This document shows, one piece after another, positions 1 to 9,760 of a stretch of 34,051 nt of DNA. Each line of letters begins with the position of its first letter. The stretch's first letter is position 1. The notes beneath the pieces were generated by a model, which was given only the letters and a program-made list of their open reading frames with translations, had not been told where the DNA came from and did no database searches. The translations under genes and the position numbers were made by a program. The stretch is from Prasinococcaceae sp. CCMP 1430 (lineage: Eukaryota; Plantae; Prasinodermophyta), in the NCBI GenBank assembly GCA_013416795.1, contig RQSC01001285.1, forward strand, positions 1-34,051, given 5' to 3'.

Positions 1-850
1 GCGCGCGCGCGCGCCACGTCGGCCGTCCGTGGGCTCCCATCCCCCTAACCCCCTCCCACCCGGTTCGGCGCCGCACCGAGCGCACCCGCCGCGCGGCGCC
101 GTGCCCCCTGGATTCTCCAGCAGCTCGCCAGCCGGAGCGGGCGCGGTCTCGGACGGGCGGGAGGACTCCCCCGAACCCCATCGGCGGCGGGGGCGAAAGG
201 GCGTCCCAACCGCCGCGCCCCGCCGCGCCCCGCCGCGCCGATGCCGGATCGGATCCGTCGATCGACTCCTCGCTCGGCCGGTCGGTCGGGTGGATCCGTC
301 CGGATCGGGATCGGGGGGGCGGGGATCCCCACGCTTGCGAGCTGCCTCCTTCTGCGCAAAATTACAGACCCTAACCCTAAATCCTCGGAGGCCTGCCCGG
401 GCCCACCCACCCCCGCGCACGCGCGCTCGCCGGCCGGCGAAACAAAAACACGTCCGGCTGGCAGGCGGAAAAAAGACTGACAGACGGAGAGACACACACA
501 GATACACAAAACAGACACGCGGACAAACAGACTGGATGCGTTTCGGGGATCGAACGATCAACAAACAGCCTTGCCTCCTTCCTTCCCTTCCCCTCCCGTA
601 CCCCTTCCGGTGTTGGCCTGGCCGGGGGAGGGTGGGGCGGTGCGCTGCTGCCGCGGCCGCTACGGCGGCGCGCGTCGACAAATCGACGCCACCGGGCCGG
701 ACGACGGATTCGCGCGGGGTGAGGGGGGGTGTGGGGGGGAGGTGAGAATGGTGCGAGGGGCGTGGCACACGGCGCGGTGGCGGCGGGAGGGGGTGAGGGA
801 GGGAAGGAGGGAGGGGTGGTGTGGGAGGTTGGTTGGTTGAGGGGGGGCAT
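1..850. other. Non-coding low-complexity region: mosaic of short microsatellites
   Basis: (GC)n at the window start; CGCCGCGCCC x3 at 211-239; GATC/GGTC, CA/GA, CCTT, GGGA and GGTT runs. ORFs here are Arg/Gly/Pro-rich with no recognisable motif. Confidence 0.6.
369..381 (+). repeat. Interstitial telomere-like repeat / telo-box (CCCTAACCCTAAA)
   Basis: Reverse complement is TTTAGGGTTAGGG, one plant-type and one vertebrate-type telomere unit. Confidence 0.6.
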
Positions 851-921
851 TGAGCGTACGCGCCCCACGGCGCGTGCGCGGACAGCAGCGCGCACGTGGG
901 CGCGGCCAGGCGGGGCCGCCG

Positions 922-1764
922 ATGGGCAAGCGTGGCCTCGATGGCGGTGGCGATGGCGCCGCCGAGCTGGGTCACGCCCCCGACGGCGAGCTGCGGCAGC
1001 GCAAACGCCTGCGATGGGACGAGGCCAACATCGCCTACTGCGAGGCGACCAAGAGCGCGACGATGAAGATAGACGAGCCCAAGACTCCCTACGAGCGCGA
1101 CCCGCCGCCGCCGGAGGACGACGGCTCCCTGGACGGTGCGGGCTCGAATGCAGACGTCGCCGAGAGGCTGCAGGTCGCGGGCGCGGTGTTGCAGCGAATG
1201 GTCGCGGAGCAGCGCGGCGACGATTTGGCGCGGGGGGCGCTCGCCGCGGGCGAGGCGAATGATTCGCCCGACGCGGGCGTCATGCTCACCCCCACCGCGG
1301 CGCACGCAGTGGCAGGCGCCCCTGCGGAGGGTGGCTGCGCGTGCGGTACCTCGGGGATGGACGCGGCTCCGTCGGCCGAGGAGAGGGCGTTCGTGACCGA
1401 CCACACAGGACGCGACTTGGATGTCGAAGACGACGACCCGGACCGCGCCTCGCGCCGGATGGCTTTCCGAGCCAAGCGTGCTGCACACTACAACGAGTTC
1501 CGCGTGGCGAAGGAGGTGCTCGCAGCTTGTGCGGATGATTCCGATGACAATGGCGAGGGTGACGATCACGAGGGCGGCGAGGGTGGCTTCGGGGACGGGC
1601 GGCGTAGTGGTAGCGACGGGCTGGATGTGCGCGACAGTGGCGGCGGCGAGTCGCGTGTTGAAGACAAAGAGGAGCACGTGGTGGACGAGCTCGCGGAGGC
1701 CGTCCTCAGGGAGTCACGCGAGGCGCGCTGCGAAGAGCTCGACGAGGAGCTGCGTTTGCGGTGA
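922..1764 (+). CDS. Protein phosphatase 1 inhibitor-2 (IPP-2 family), about 280 aa, single exon
   Basis: KRLRWDEAN (RVxF/W-type PP1 docking site), [10 protein letters not shown] and [12 protein letters not shown] match the three conserved I-2 blocks. First ATG at 922; the track start at 850 is a TTG. Confidence 0.9.
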   Translation: MGKRGLDGGGDGAAELGHAPDGELRQRKRLRWDEANIAYCEATKSATMKIDEPKTPYERDPPPPEDDGSLDGAGSNADVAERLQVAGAVLQRMVAEQRGDDLARGALAAGEANDSPDAGVMLTPTAAHAVAGAPAEGGCACGTSGMDAAPSAEERAFVTDHTGRDLDVEDDDPDRASRRMAFRAKRAAHYNEFRVAKEVLAACADDSDDNGEGDDHEGGEGGFGDGRRSGSDGLDVRDSGGGESRVEDKEEHVVDELAEAVLRESREARCEELDEELRLR

Positions 1765-2039
1765 CGCTCACGCGCGTACACACACACACACACATCCCTG
1801 CCTGACTGGCGACGGGGGCGGCGACCGATTCAGGCGGCGCTGGCGCCCGTGTCCTGCGCACCAACCCATGTACACGTACCAATCCGTGGCATTCTCCGAC
1901 TGCTACTGCGCTTGTGAGGCTCCGTCCTACCACAGTAAACACTACATACACCAACACCAAGCACTTGTGCACCAGCCACCAGCGATGGTCACGCGCCTGG
2001 CAAGGGTGCAGCCAGGGACAGTGAGGAGGTACTAATAAT

Positions 2040-3178
2040 TTACTTGGAAGCGATCACGGCGAACTCGACGAGTCCGTTGACGTCCTCGGCGAGAGTGACG
2101 TTGGCCGTGAAGGTGCCGAGGCCCTTCACCTCGGGCATGGCCACGTCCTCGTCCGCGAGCTTCTCGTTGAGGCCCAGGTCCGGCAGCTGCGCGTGAATGC
2201 ACTCGATCAGGTCGCGCGCAGTCACAGAGTCGTACAGCTCGTTGCTGTCGTTCACCTTCTTCTTGATGACGTAGCTGCCCACGGTGCTCATCGCGGTGGC
2301 GACCTTGCGCGCCTGCGCGCGAAGCTCCTCCGCCGCCGCCTCGGCCTCCCGCTGCTTCTGTGCGATCGCATCAAGCACGTCCTGCGTGGCGATCGCGCCG
2401 AGCCCCTGGGGAATGAGGTAGTTGTCGGCGTACCCGCGGCGCACCGTCACGACCTCGCCGGCCTTGCCGAGCGAGCTCACCTGCTCCTTGAGCACGAGCT
2501 GAACCTTCTTGACAGCCTTCTTGGCGCACACGGTCGCGCACCTGAGCGCCAGCGCGCCAGCGCGAGAATGGAGATGCGCGAACAGAGATGGCGGCCGGGC
2601 ACACACGTGCGTGACGGGTCAGCGGGAGAGCCAAAGGTCTCACGGCCACGCGCGCGTGCGTGCCCCCAACAACATCGACCCCTCTCAATGCGCGAACGCA
2701 CGACGTCACTACCAGGCCACCCACGCCATGCGGCGTGCCACGCGCGGACCTGCCCCGGCAACCCCACACCCACCCTCCGCCCTGCTCATGCATGAACGGA
2801 TAGCGCAGCCGTGCGCAGGCGCCGCCTGTCGCCGCTGCAGCATGCGCACGCCATCGGCGGCGACGCTTGCGGCGGGCGTGGACAGGGCGTCGCGGCGCGC
2901 GGGACGTTGCACCAGGGAAGACTAATGCGCATCACGTCGCGCGCGCGGCGCTGCCCTCGCGCGGGGAGGCGGCGAAGGCTACGGAGCGGGCGTGCCGGCG
3001 CTCCCGCTACCGGGCGCGCCCGCCGCTGCAGGGTTTCGGGGTTTCGGGCAGTGCAAAACGCAGGCGGAGCGCACGCCCCGGCCGACCGGCCGCACCTGCG
3101 CTGCTGCGCGGCGGCGGGGCGCGCCGAGGCGCCCGCCACGCGCACACCGCTGAGGGCGGCCTTCGCCGAGAACGCCAT
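2040..3178 (-). CDS. RPL9: Plastid 50S ribosomal protein L9; exons 3178-3096 and 2541-2040 (194 aa)
   Basis: VQLVLKEQVSSLGKAGEVVTVRRGYADNYLIPQGLG is the bL9 N-terminal motif. Exon 1 encodes a transit peptide (MAFSAKAALSGVRVAG). GTGCG donor at 3095 and CAG acceptor at 2542 join in frame (AG|G). Confidence 0.93.
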
Positions 3179-3687
3179 GTCGGTCGGTCGGGCTGCCAGC
3201 GCTGGTCCGCTACGCGTGTGTGCCCCCCGGGCCACGCGCGTGGACACTGCACGGCCGCTCCGGCAGCATGGATTGATTGGCCAGGCCACTTTTCACAAGT
3301 GCCTGCGAATGCTTCACTCACCGCCGATTTTGAGTCCGCAGGCAGATGTCGGTGAGAAAACGCGGCTGTCATATTCCGGTCGCGTGCGCGCATGCCACGT
3401 CGCCCGCATGCGCGGCGGGGGGAGTGTTTTTCGATCGACAACTTGTGCATACAACTAAAATACCCACGGGATACTGAGGTAGCTCGTGCGGCGGCCATGC
3501 CCGCGGCGCGGTGGGGCGGCGCGAACGCTGCAGGGCGCCAGCAGTGGCCTGCCACTCGAGACGCCGCGGCAGCGTGCTGCGCGCCTCAACAGTCCTGTGC
3601 CCTCGCGGTGCCTGCCCCAAGTCTATAATGATTAAAATGTTGCCGCGCGCGGGCAGCGTGCGGCCCTTAGTGTGTGTACAAGCCCCC

Positions 3688-4583
3688 CTACTCCGAGGCG
3701 GCCTCCTCGAGCGCCGCCTTGCGCGTCGAGTAGTCCGCGAGCGCCTCGCCGGTCTTCTTGAGGTAACGCTCGCGCTTGCCAGCAGCGTTGATGCGCAGCC
3801 CGACGCGCGACGCCACCTTCTTCTCCTTCGAGTAGTGCATCAGCTTGGAGTGGTTCATGGGCGCCTCGATGCGCTGGATCTGGCCCGTCTCGCCCTCCGT
3901 GCGCGGCTTCACGTGCTTCGTCTTGAGGTTGACGCCCTTCACGACGACCTTGCCCGTCTTCCTGTTGACGTCAAGCACGGTGGACACCGTGCCCTTGTCC
4001 TTGCCGCTGATCACCTGGAGAGCCACCGCGCCATTCGCCCCCATCGCAACGACACGGCCGCACGCGCACCGGACGTCAGCGCACCACTCGCCGCGCATGG
4101 ACGCATCTGCCCCAGTTCTCACATCCGCGACAAACGCGTCGCCAGGCGGCAGGCAGACTGCGTTGCCGAGCGCCTCTTTCGATCCCGTTCCCACACACTT
4201 GAGCTTCACAGACTGCGCCAGCCGTGAAGCAGCGCCTGGCCGCCTCGGCCACCCACCGAGGGTTTCGGGAGTGCGAGCACGACCTATGAAAAAAAAAAAA
4301 GCGCGAGCGCGCGCGCGCGCGCGCGGACGCCGGGCGAGCCTCACGCACCTTGACGGTGTCACCCTCGCGCACGTGCACAGGCACGATGACAGGCTTGCTG
4401 TTGGGCTTGACGGGCTGCGGCGCGCGGTACTTCTGCGGGAAGGAGAGGAGGGGCGTGGGGGAGGGGTCGCGTCAGTGCCACGGCTCGCATGCGCGCGATG
4501 CACACGAAAAAAAAAAAAGTGGCAGGCGTCGAACGACAAGAGCATGCGAGCGCACGCACCATGACCACCTGCACCGTGCGTGC
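3688..4583 (-). CDS. RPL24: Plastid 50S ribosomal protein L24; exons 4583-4560 (24 nt), 4432-4349 and 4014-3688; 5' end unresolved
   Basis: VKPNSKPVIVPVHVREGDTVK|VISGKDKG...KGVNLKTKHVKP...EAP is the uL24 KOW signature in its plastid form. Phase-0 GT..AG introns at 4559-4433 and 4348-4015. A further intron at 4691-4584 implies an upstream exon, but I find no in-frame ATG. Confidence 0.9.
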
Positions 4584-4780
4584 CTGCGGTGGAGGGTGAA
4601 GGGAAGTCGGGCAGCGCGGCAGCGTCGGGTCAGCATCCTGCCATGGCGCTCGTGAGGCAGCGGCGCGCCCATGCGCGTCCGCAGGGCTCACCGGCCCGTG
4701 CGCGCCTGCGCCGCCCGCGCCGCCGCGTTGCCGCAAAACCCCTCCCTCGACAACACTCGCAGCGCGGCGCGCGCGGGCGG

Positions 4781-5135
4781 GCGAGCGTCCTCGTTGTCGG
4801 CAAGGCGCCTGGTTATTCAAAGGTACAGCGTGCGCTTGTGTCGGGCGGGCGAGCGCACGATGTCTCACGCGCACCTGGCTGACAAATCCGCCCGCGCTCC
4901 CGCGCTGCGCGCACACGCGGTGCCCCCGCAGGTGAGCTCAGCGCGCGCGAAGGGAGTCCGCCTTATGAGCCTTAAGGATGTTGCCGATGGCCTTCACTCG
5001 GGTGTTGGCCTCATCGAGGGCGGCGCGGGGAGCCCGGACATGGTCATCACCGAGTACTCGGCCGGCTACAACGACAATGGCATTGCGCTTCGCATCGGGG
5101 CGCCTGTCGCCCCTTCGGCCTACCTGGACTTCTGA
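4781..5135 (+). CDS. 3' part of a BRCT-domain protein (ligase/RFC1-type BRCT); exons about 4781-4822 and 4932-5135; no start codon found
   Basis: Spliced reading ASVLVVGKAPGYSK|VSSARAKGVRLMSLKDVADGL fits the BRCT pattern LVxGxxPGxSKxxKAxxxGV. Intron 4823-4931 has a GT donor, GCTGAC branch point and CCCCGCAG acceptor. Exon 2 shows coding-type GC3 bias. Confidence 0.6.
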
Positions 5136-6040
5136 TACAAGCTCGGGACCCCGTCTACTGCGCGAATGTTGTTGGGCCTAGTGNGCGCGCCGCCGCGTGG
5201 CGCCGCCGCGGCGCCGCGGCGCCCCAGCCCACAGCCACAGCCTGGCAGGCGGGACGCAACGAACGCAGGCCGGTCGGGTCGCGCATCGCGCGTGCCCGTC
5301 CGTACATGCAATACTCGCAGCACACCCACGCACACCCGACCGGCCGACAACACCACCGTCCATGTTTGGCTGGCTGGCTGGATGGCCGGCTGGCTGGATG
5401 GGTTCTTGTGGTTGGTTGGTTGATTGGAGCAGGGCGCGGTTGTGGCCCCCAGCCAGCCAGCCAGACAGCCAGCCAGCGCTCGATCGATCGATGGATCGAT
5501 CCCCAGCCAGCCATTCGGGTCACCTCCAACCGATCAGTCAGTCGGCTCCTGCCGGTCAACCATCCAAAAAAACGGGCGCACGCCGCGTTCCGACCGACCG
5601 AATGCGCGTCCGGCCGAATCCGACGAATCCCAGCCGCCGCCGCAAACGCTGGCGCTCCCTTTTTTCGCTTTTCGCCCCGGCGGCGCCGCGCAACAAAACG
5701 AAAGGGAAAAGCGGCTGTTCGCCGCCCCGGCCGCAGCCGTCCGTCCGTCCGTTCGTCTGTTTGCGCGTGCGTTTTGCGGCCGTGTGGTTGGGTTGGTCGC
5801 GGGCGGTCACCGGCCGGTCGCGGTCTGCGCCCGCGCCGCGCGCTCTCGGTCTCGTTCATTTTCTGCCTGTGGCGGTTCGCCGTCCGGCCGTTGCCCGGAC
5901 CGAAAGGGCGCAAACGTTTTTTTTTCCGTTCCTCGCCGCGCGCGCTCCCGTCGTTCCGTGGGAACGGGGCGGGGCGGGGCGGCGCGCGGACCGGGCGGCG
6001 GGCGGATGCGCGGCGGGGCGTCTCTCCGGGTCGTTTCGTG

Positions 6041-6086
6041 NNNNNNNNNNNNNNNNNNNNNNNNNNNNNNNNNNNNNNNNNNNNNN
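6041..6086. other. Assembly gap (46 N); a single N also at 5184
   Basis: Seen directly. Confidence 1.
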
Positions 6087-6158
6087 CGCGCGGGCGCGCG
6101 CTGACCGCCGCGCGGCGCGCCGACCCCGTCGCCCCCCCTCCCCCTCCGGCACCCGCAG

Positions 6159-6602
6159 GTGCTTCTCTGGGTCTTCTGCCTCCTGTCGTGCGCGAGCGCG
6201 GCCTCGGCGGCCACCGTCAACGCGCAGACGCAGTTCGAGTCCCAGACTGTGCGTGCGCGCCAAGACCGCGCGCGGCGTGGACCGCGCGCCGAGCGAATGC
6301 GAGCCTTTTTTTTTTTTCCTCTGGGGCGAAATTCGAAAAATATTGCGCTGACCATCCCGCGCGCGCGCACGCCCATCCGCTCCCTCCCGTGCAGATTGGC
6401 ATCTTCAAGTCGACGGTCGGGACCACCCCGTTCGTGCTCGACTTCAAGCTTGACCACGCGGCCCTCGAGCTCGCTCGGAAGGTGCGATCGCGCGCGCGCG
6501 TGCCGGGTCCCCCCCCCACGCCCCTCCATCGCGCGCGCGCTACTGCCACCACCAGAAAAAAAAAGCGAAGCCCACTTTTGTGGTGCAGCAGGCCGCAGCC
6601 GT

Positions 6603-6654
<52 letters not shown>

Positions 6655-7047
6655 ACCCCTCCCCCCCGCCGCGCCCTCCGCGTCCCTCCCACACCCACGC
6701 GCACGCCGCGCACCGCCGCCCTCTCCTTGGACCGCACTGGGCACCGCCACTTCGAATGCTGGCGCATGGAAGCATGGTCGCAACGCGCGGATTGAGGCGC
6801 TGCGTGCACTGCCGGCGGGTTGCAGCTGACACCCCGCGCTGCCGCTGCGACCACGCGCGCACAGCTCGAGCAACCGCCTGTGAGTCAGAGCGCCCAGCCC
6901 GAGGAAGTGCTCGCGGCTGTCTCTCCACAGCTCGCGTCCCTGAGTTTTCGCGGGGGCGGGTTTGCGTGTCTAAGAGAGACCGCTGCCGCAGAGTCGGGGT
7001 CGTCTGTTAAGCCCAACGGTGCGCTGTTCGCGTCGCTGTCTCTCTAA
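6159..7047 (+). CDS. Hypothetical protein, 5' end lost in or before the gap; exons 6159-6248, 6395-6481 and probably 6865-7047
   Basis: Clean CAG acceptors and GTGCG donors bound two phase-0 exons with strong GC3 bias (VLLWVFCLLSCASAASAATVNAQTQFESQT|IGIFKSTVGTTPFVLDFKLDHAALELARK). The last exon follows a GCTGAC branch point and ACAG acceptor. Hydrophobic start resembles a signal peptide or TM segment. Family not recognised. Confidence 0.65.
6605..6654. repeat. C50 homopolymer in an intron
   Basis: Seen directly; the length is unreliable. Confidence 0.9.
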
Positions 7048-7145
7048 ACTGAGGGGGAGCTCGACGCGCAACACGCAGCAACCGGGGGCTTAATTTTCGA
7101 CTAATCAACGACATAGCAAGCTACAACATCCACTCCACAGACAAC

Positions 7146-8276
7146 ATGGTGGCCGTCCAGGAGACGACCAGCAATGCCGCGGCGGCGCCCGCCGGCTCGC
7201 GCAGCGTGAAGCGCTCGGCGCGCCGCAAGGAGCGTGGCGTGACCCCTGTCGCGACCACGGCGACCCAGGCGACCGAGGCGGCCGTCGCGACCGCGCCGGC
7301 CCCCCGCCCGACGAACGATGTGCTGGCAGGTGGCCTCGCGCGCTCGGCCGCGCAGGCGACCATCCACCCGATCGACACTATCAAGGTGCGCATGCAGATG
7401 ATGCTCAGCGGCCGCAAGGGTGGCCTCACCAAGTACGGCTACGAAGGCAAGGATCCGGCGGGCAAGGCCCCGGCTCCCAAGGCTCGCGCCACCAACCTCG
7501 GCAAGGCGGTGTCTACCACCGCCGTCAACATGGCGCGCGGCGTGACCTCGCTCTACCAGGGCGTCGGCAGCGCGGCCTTCGGCGCGGGCATTGCGCTGGG
7601 CACATACTTCTGGTTCTACAACGGCGCCAAGCGTGCGATGGAGGTCCACGTGCCCGAGGCGCCCTCGAGCATGGCCGCCTTCGTGGCTGGCGCCGTGGGC
7701 GCGCTCGGCAGCTCCTTCGTCAAAGTGCCCGCAGCGGTGTGCATCCGCAGCGTGCAGGCGGGCGTGTACCCGAACGGCATCGCCGCCTTCACACGCATCC
7801 TGAAGGTGACCGGCCCGCGCGGCCTCTACACTGGGTACCTGCCCACCGTGATCGAAGACGTGCCCGACATGGCGTTCAAATTCGCGGCGTATGAGGCGCT
7901 CGGCTCGGTGTACTGGCGCGTGGTGAACAAGCCCCGCGAGGAGGGCAACCGCATCGACGACCTGATCGTTGGTGGCATCGCCGGCTCGATCGCGGCGGCG
8001 GCCACGACGCCCGTGGACGTCATCAAAACGCGCATGATGTGCGACGCGGCCTCGCGCCCCACCGTCCTAAGTGCCGCGCGCGCGGTGGCTGCTGAGGGCA
8101 AGATGTCCGCGTGGTTCGCCGGCGTCGGCCCGCGCTCCATCTCCTCGGGCATCAACTCGGCGGTGTTCTTCTGCTTCCTCGAGACCCTGCGCAACTGGCA
8201 GGCGCGTAGGGAGGAGGCCCGCATCCGTGCCACAAGCGCATCGGGGGGCGTCGACACCCACGTGGCGACCGCCTGA
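7146..8276 (+). CDS. Mitochondrial carrier family (SLC25) protein, SAM-carrier-like branch, 376 aa, intronless
   Basis: Three carrier repeats: HPIDTIKVRMQ, KVPAAVCIRSVQ (degenerate), TPVDVIKTRMM; also GLYTGY..DVPDMAFKFAAYE. N-terminal extension may be an organellar targeting peptide. Confidence 0.92.
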   Translation: MVAVQETTSNAAAAPAGSRSVKRSARRKERGVTPVATTATQATEAAVATAPAPRPTNDVLAGGLARSAAQATIHPIDTIKVRMQMMLSGRKGGLTKYGYEGKDPAGKAPAPKARATNLGKAVSTTAVNMARGVTSLYQGVGSAAFGAGIALGTYFWFYNGAKRAMEVHVPEAPSSMAAFVAGAVGALGSSFVKVPAAVCIRSVQAGVYPNGIAAFTRILKVTGPRGLYTGYLPTVIEDVPDMAFKFAAYEALGSVYWRVVNKPREEGNRIDDLIVGGIAGSIAAAATTPVDVIKTRMMCDAASRPTVLSAARAVAAEGKMSAWFAGVGPRSISSGINSAVFFCFLETLRNWQARREEARIRATSASGGVDTHVATA

Positions 8277-8550
8277 ATTCGCCCTCTCGCGAGCCCAAAC
8301 TGAGAGCCATCGAAGCTGAGCGCGGACGCCACCGCCCGCGCGCGTACGAAGCCTCGTCCACCAACAGCTCATACGAAAAACCGACAAACAAACACACCAA
8401 AAACCGCCATCCGGCGTTGAGGTACAGTACCTGTCCCTCAGCGCGCGGGGGCACAGCAAGCGACCTGTTGGTGGCCTCCTTGACATCCACTGTCACGTCT
8501 GTAGAGCAAAATGTTTAGTGTTCGGCGACTCCGGTGCCTCGTCCCGGTGA

Positions 8551-8575
8551 TGTAACGAACAGCTTGAAATTTACA
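8551..8575. terminator. Pair of opposing UGUAA polyadenylation-signal candidates for the convergent carrier and LRR genes
   Basis: TGTAA on + at 8551-8555 and TGTAA on - at 8575-8571, in an AT-richer pocket. UGUAA is the established chlorophyte near-upstream element. Confidence 0.45.
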
Positions 8576-8638
8576 CATTGAGGCAGATCGTCACTCCGAC
8601 ATGCATCGCAAGGCGGCAGTCGCGACAGCAGTTGCTCT

Positions 8639-9634
8639 TCACCGCCGGTCCACGCCGTCGTCGAGGCCGTCGCGGGCTATGAGCGTGCCAGCGTCGATCT
8701 GCTTCTGCACACGCGCCATCCGCCTGGCCTCCATGGCCGCCCAACCGGTGATCTCTTCGAGTTCGTTCAGCCGCACCGGGTTGCCGTGGAGCGACAGCGT
8801 GTGCAGCTGCACGCACCCCTCGAGCACCGCAGGCGACACGCCAGCTGCGCCCACGCCGTTGTTGTCCAGTTTGAGCACCTTGAGCTGCACGCGCGAGCGC
8901 GCGCGCCGGAGGGGATAGGTGGGGGAACGGGAGGGGATGGGCGTCAGTTCGAGCACGTGCGAGGGGCAGTGGGCGCAGCGCGCAGACTGGGCGCGTGCGC
9001 GCGCGGAGCTTCGCACGAGCCGTGGCACCCCTACCTTCTTGAGGTTGCCGAGGGAGTCAGGGGTGGCCGTGAGCAGATTGTCGGACGCGTCGACCTCCTC
9101 AAGCGCCTCGCACGCGCCGAGCGACGCCGGCAGCTTGCGCAGCGTGTTCTTGGACACGTCGAGCTTCTGCAGCGCGAAACACGCGTCGAATGCGGGCAGG
9201 GAGACGAGGGCGTTGCGCGCCACGCGCAGCTCACGCAGTCGTGGCGTGCGCAGCGGCGGCAGAGAGGACAACCGGTTGCCGTCCACCAACATGGCCTTGA
9301 GCTGCTGCAGCGCGCCGAACTCGTTCGGCAGCGCCTGCAGGAGGTTGTCGGAGAGCACCAGGCGCGTCAGAGACGGCAGCTTGGCCGCCGCCTCGACGGA
9401 CGTGAGCTTGTTGCCACTCAGATCCAGCGTCTTTGCAGACTGCCCAATCGACGCTATCTCCTCGGGCGCGGCCCCCTTGAGCCCCTCGGCGCGCATGACG
9501 ACCATGCCGGTCGCCTTCCACTTTGACACCCGCTGCTCGTGGTTGGGCGCCTTGTACCCGCTCCTGCCGAAGAGCGAGCTACCACCACCACCCTTCCCCC
9601 CGCCCCCCACGCTCTTCGAGCTGATGCACCCCAT
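8639..9634 (-). CDS. LRRC57-like leucine-rich-repeat protein; exons 9634-9035 and 8884-8639 (281 aa)
   Basis: MGC start (myristoylation/palmitoylation-type); RVSKWKATGMVVMRAEGL resembles the N-cap of LRRC57 and its plant homologues; repeated LxLxxNxL. The 150-nt in-frame intron (GTAGG..TGCAG) is read through in the ORF track. Confidence 0.85.
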   Translation of the reverse strand: MGCISSKSVGGGGKGGGGSSLFGRSGYKAPNHEQRVSKWKATGMVVMRAEGLKGAAPEEIASIGQSAKTLDLSGNKLTSVEAAAKLPSLTRLVLSDNLLQALPNEFGALQQLKAMLVDGNRLSSLPPLRTPRLRELRVARNALVSLPAFDACFALQKLDVSKNTLRKLPASLGACEALEEVDASDNLLTATPDSLGNLKKVGVPRLVRSSARARAQSARCAHCPSHVLELTPIPSRSPTYPLRRARSRVQLKVLKLDNNGVGAAGVSPAVLEGCVQLHTLSLHGNPVRLNELEEITGWAAMEARRMARVQKQIDAGTLIARDGLDDGVDRR

Positions 9635-9760
9635 ATCGCGCCTCCCCACGTCGTCGAGCAGCAGCGAGATTGGTCCGCTCGCGGCCGCGTTGGAGAGCGC
9701 AGTATGCGTCCAGCCAGTCCTTCTGGTACTCGGCGCGGCCGCTGCGCCGGTGCACGGCCT

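Noticed and set aside
5306-6928. Long ORFs spanning the N gap and the C50 run
   Set aside because: Products of Ns, homopolymers and high GC; only the short spliced exons look coding.
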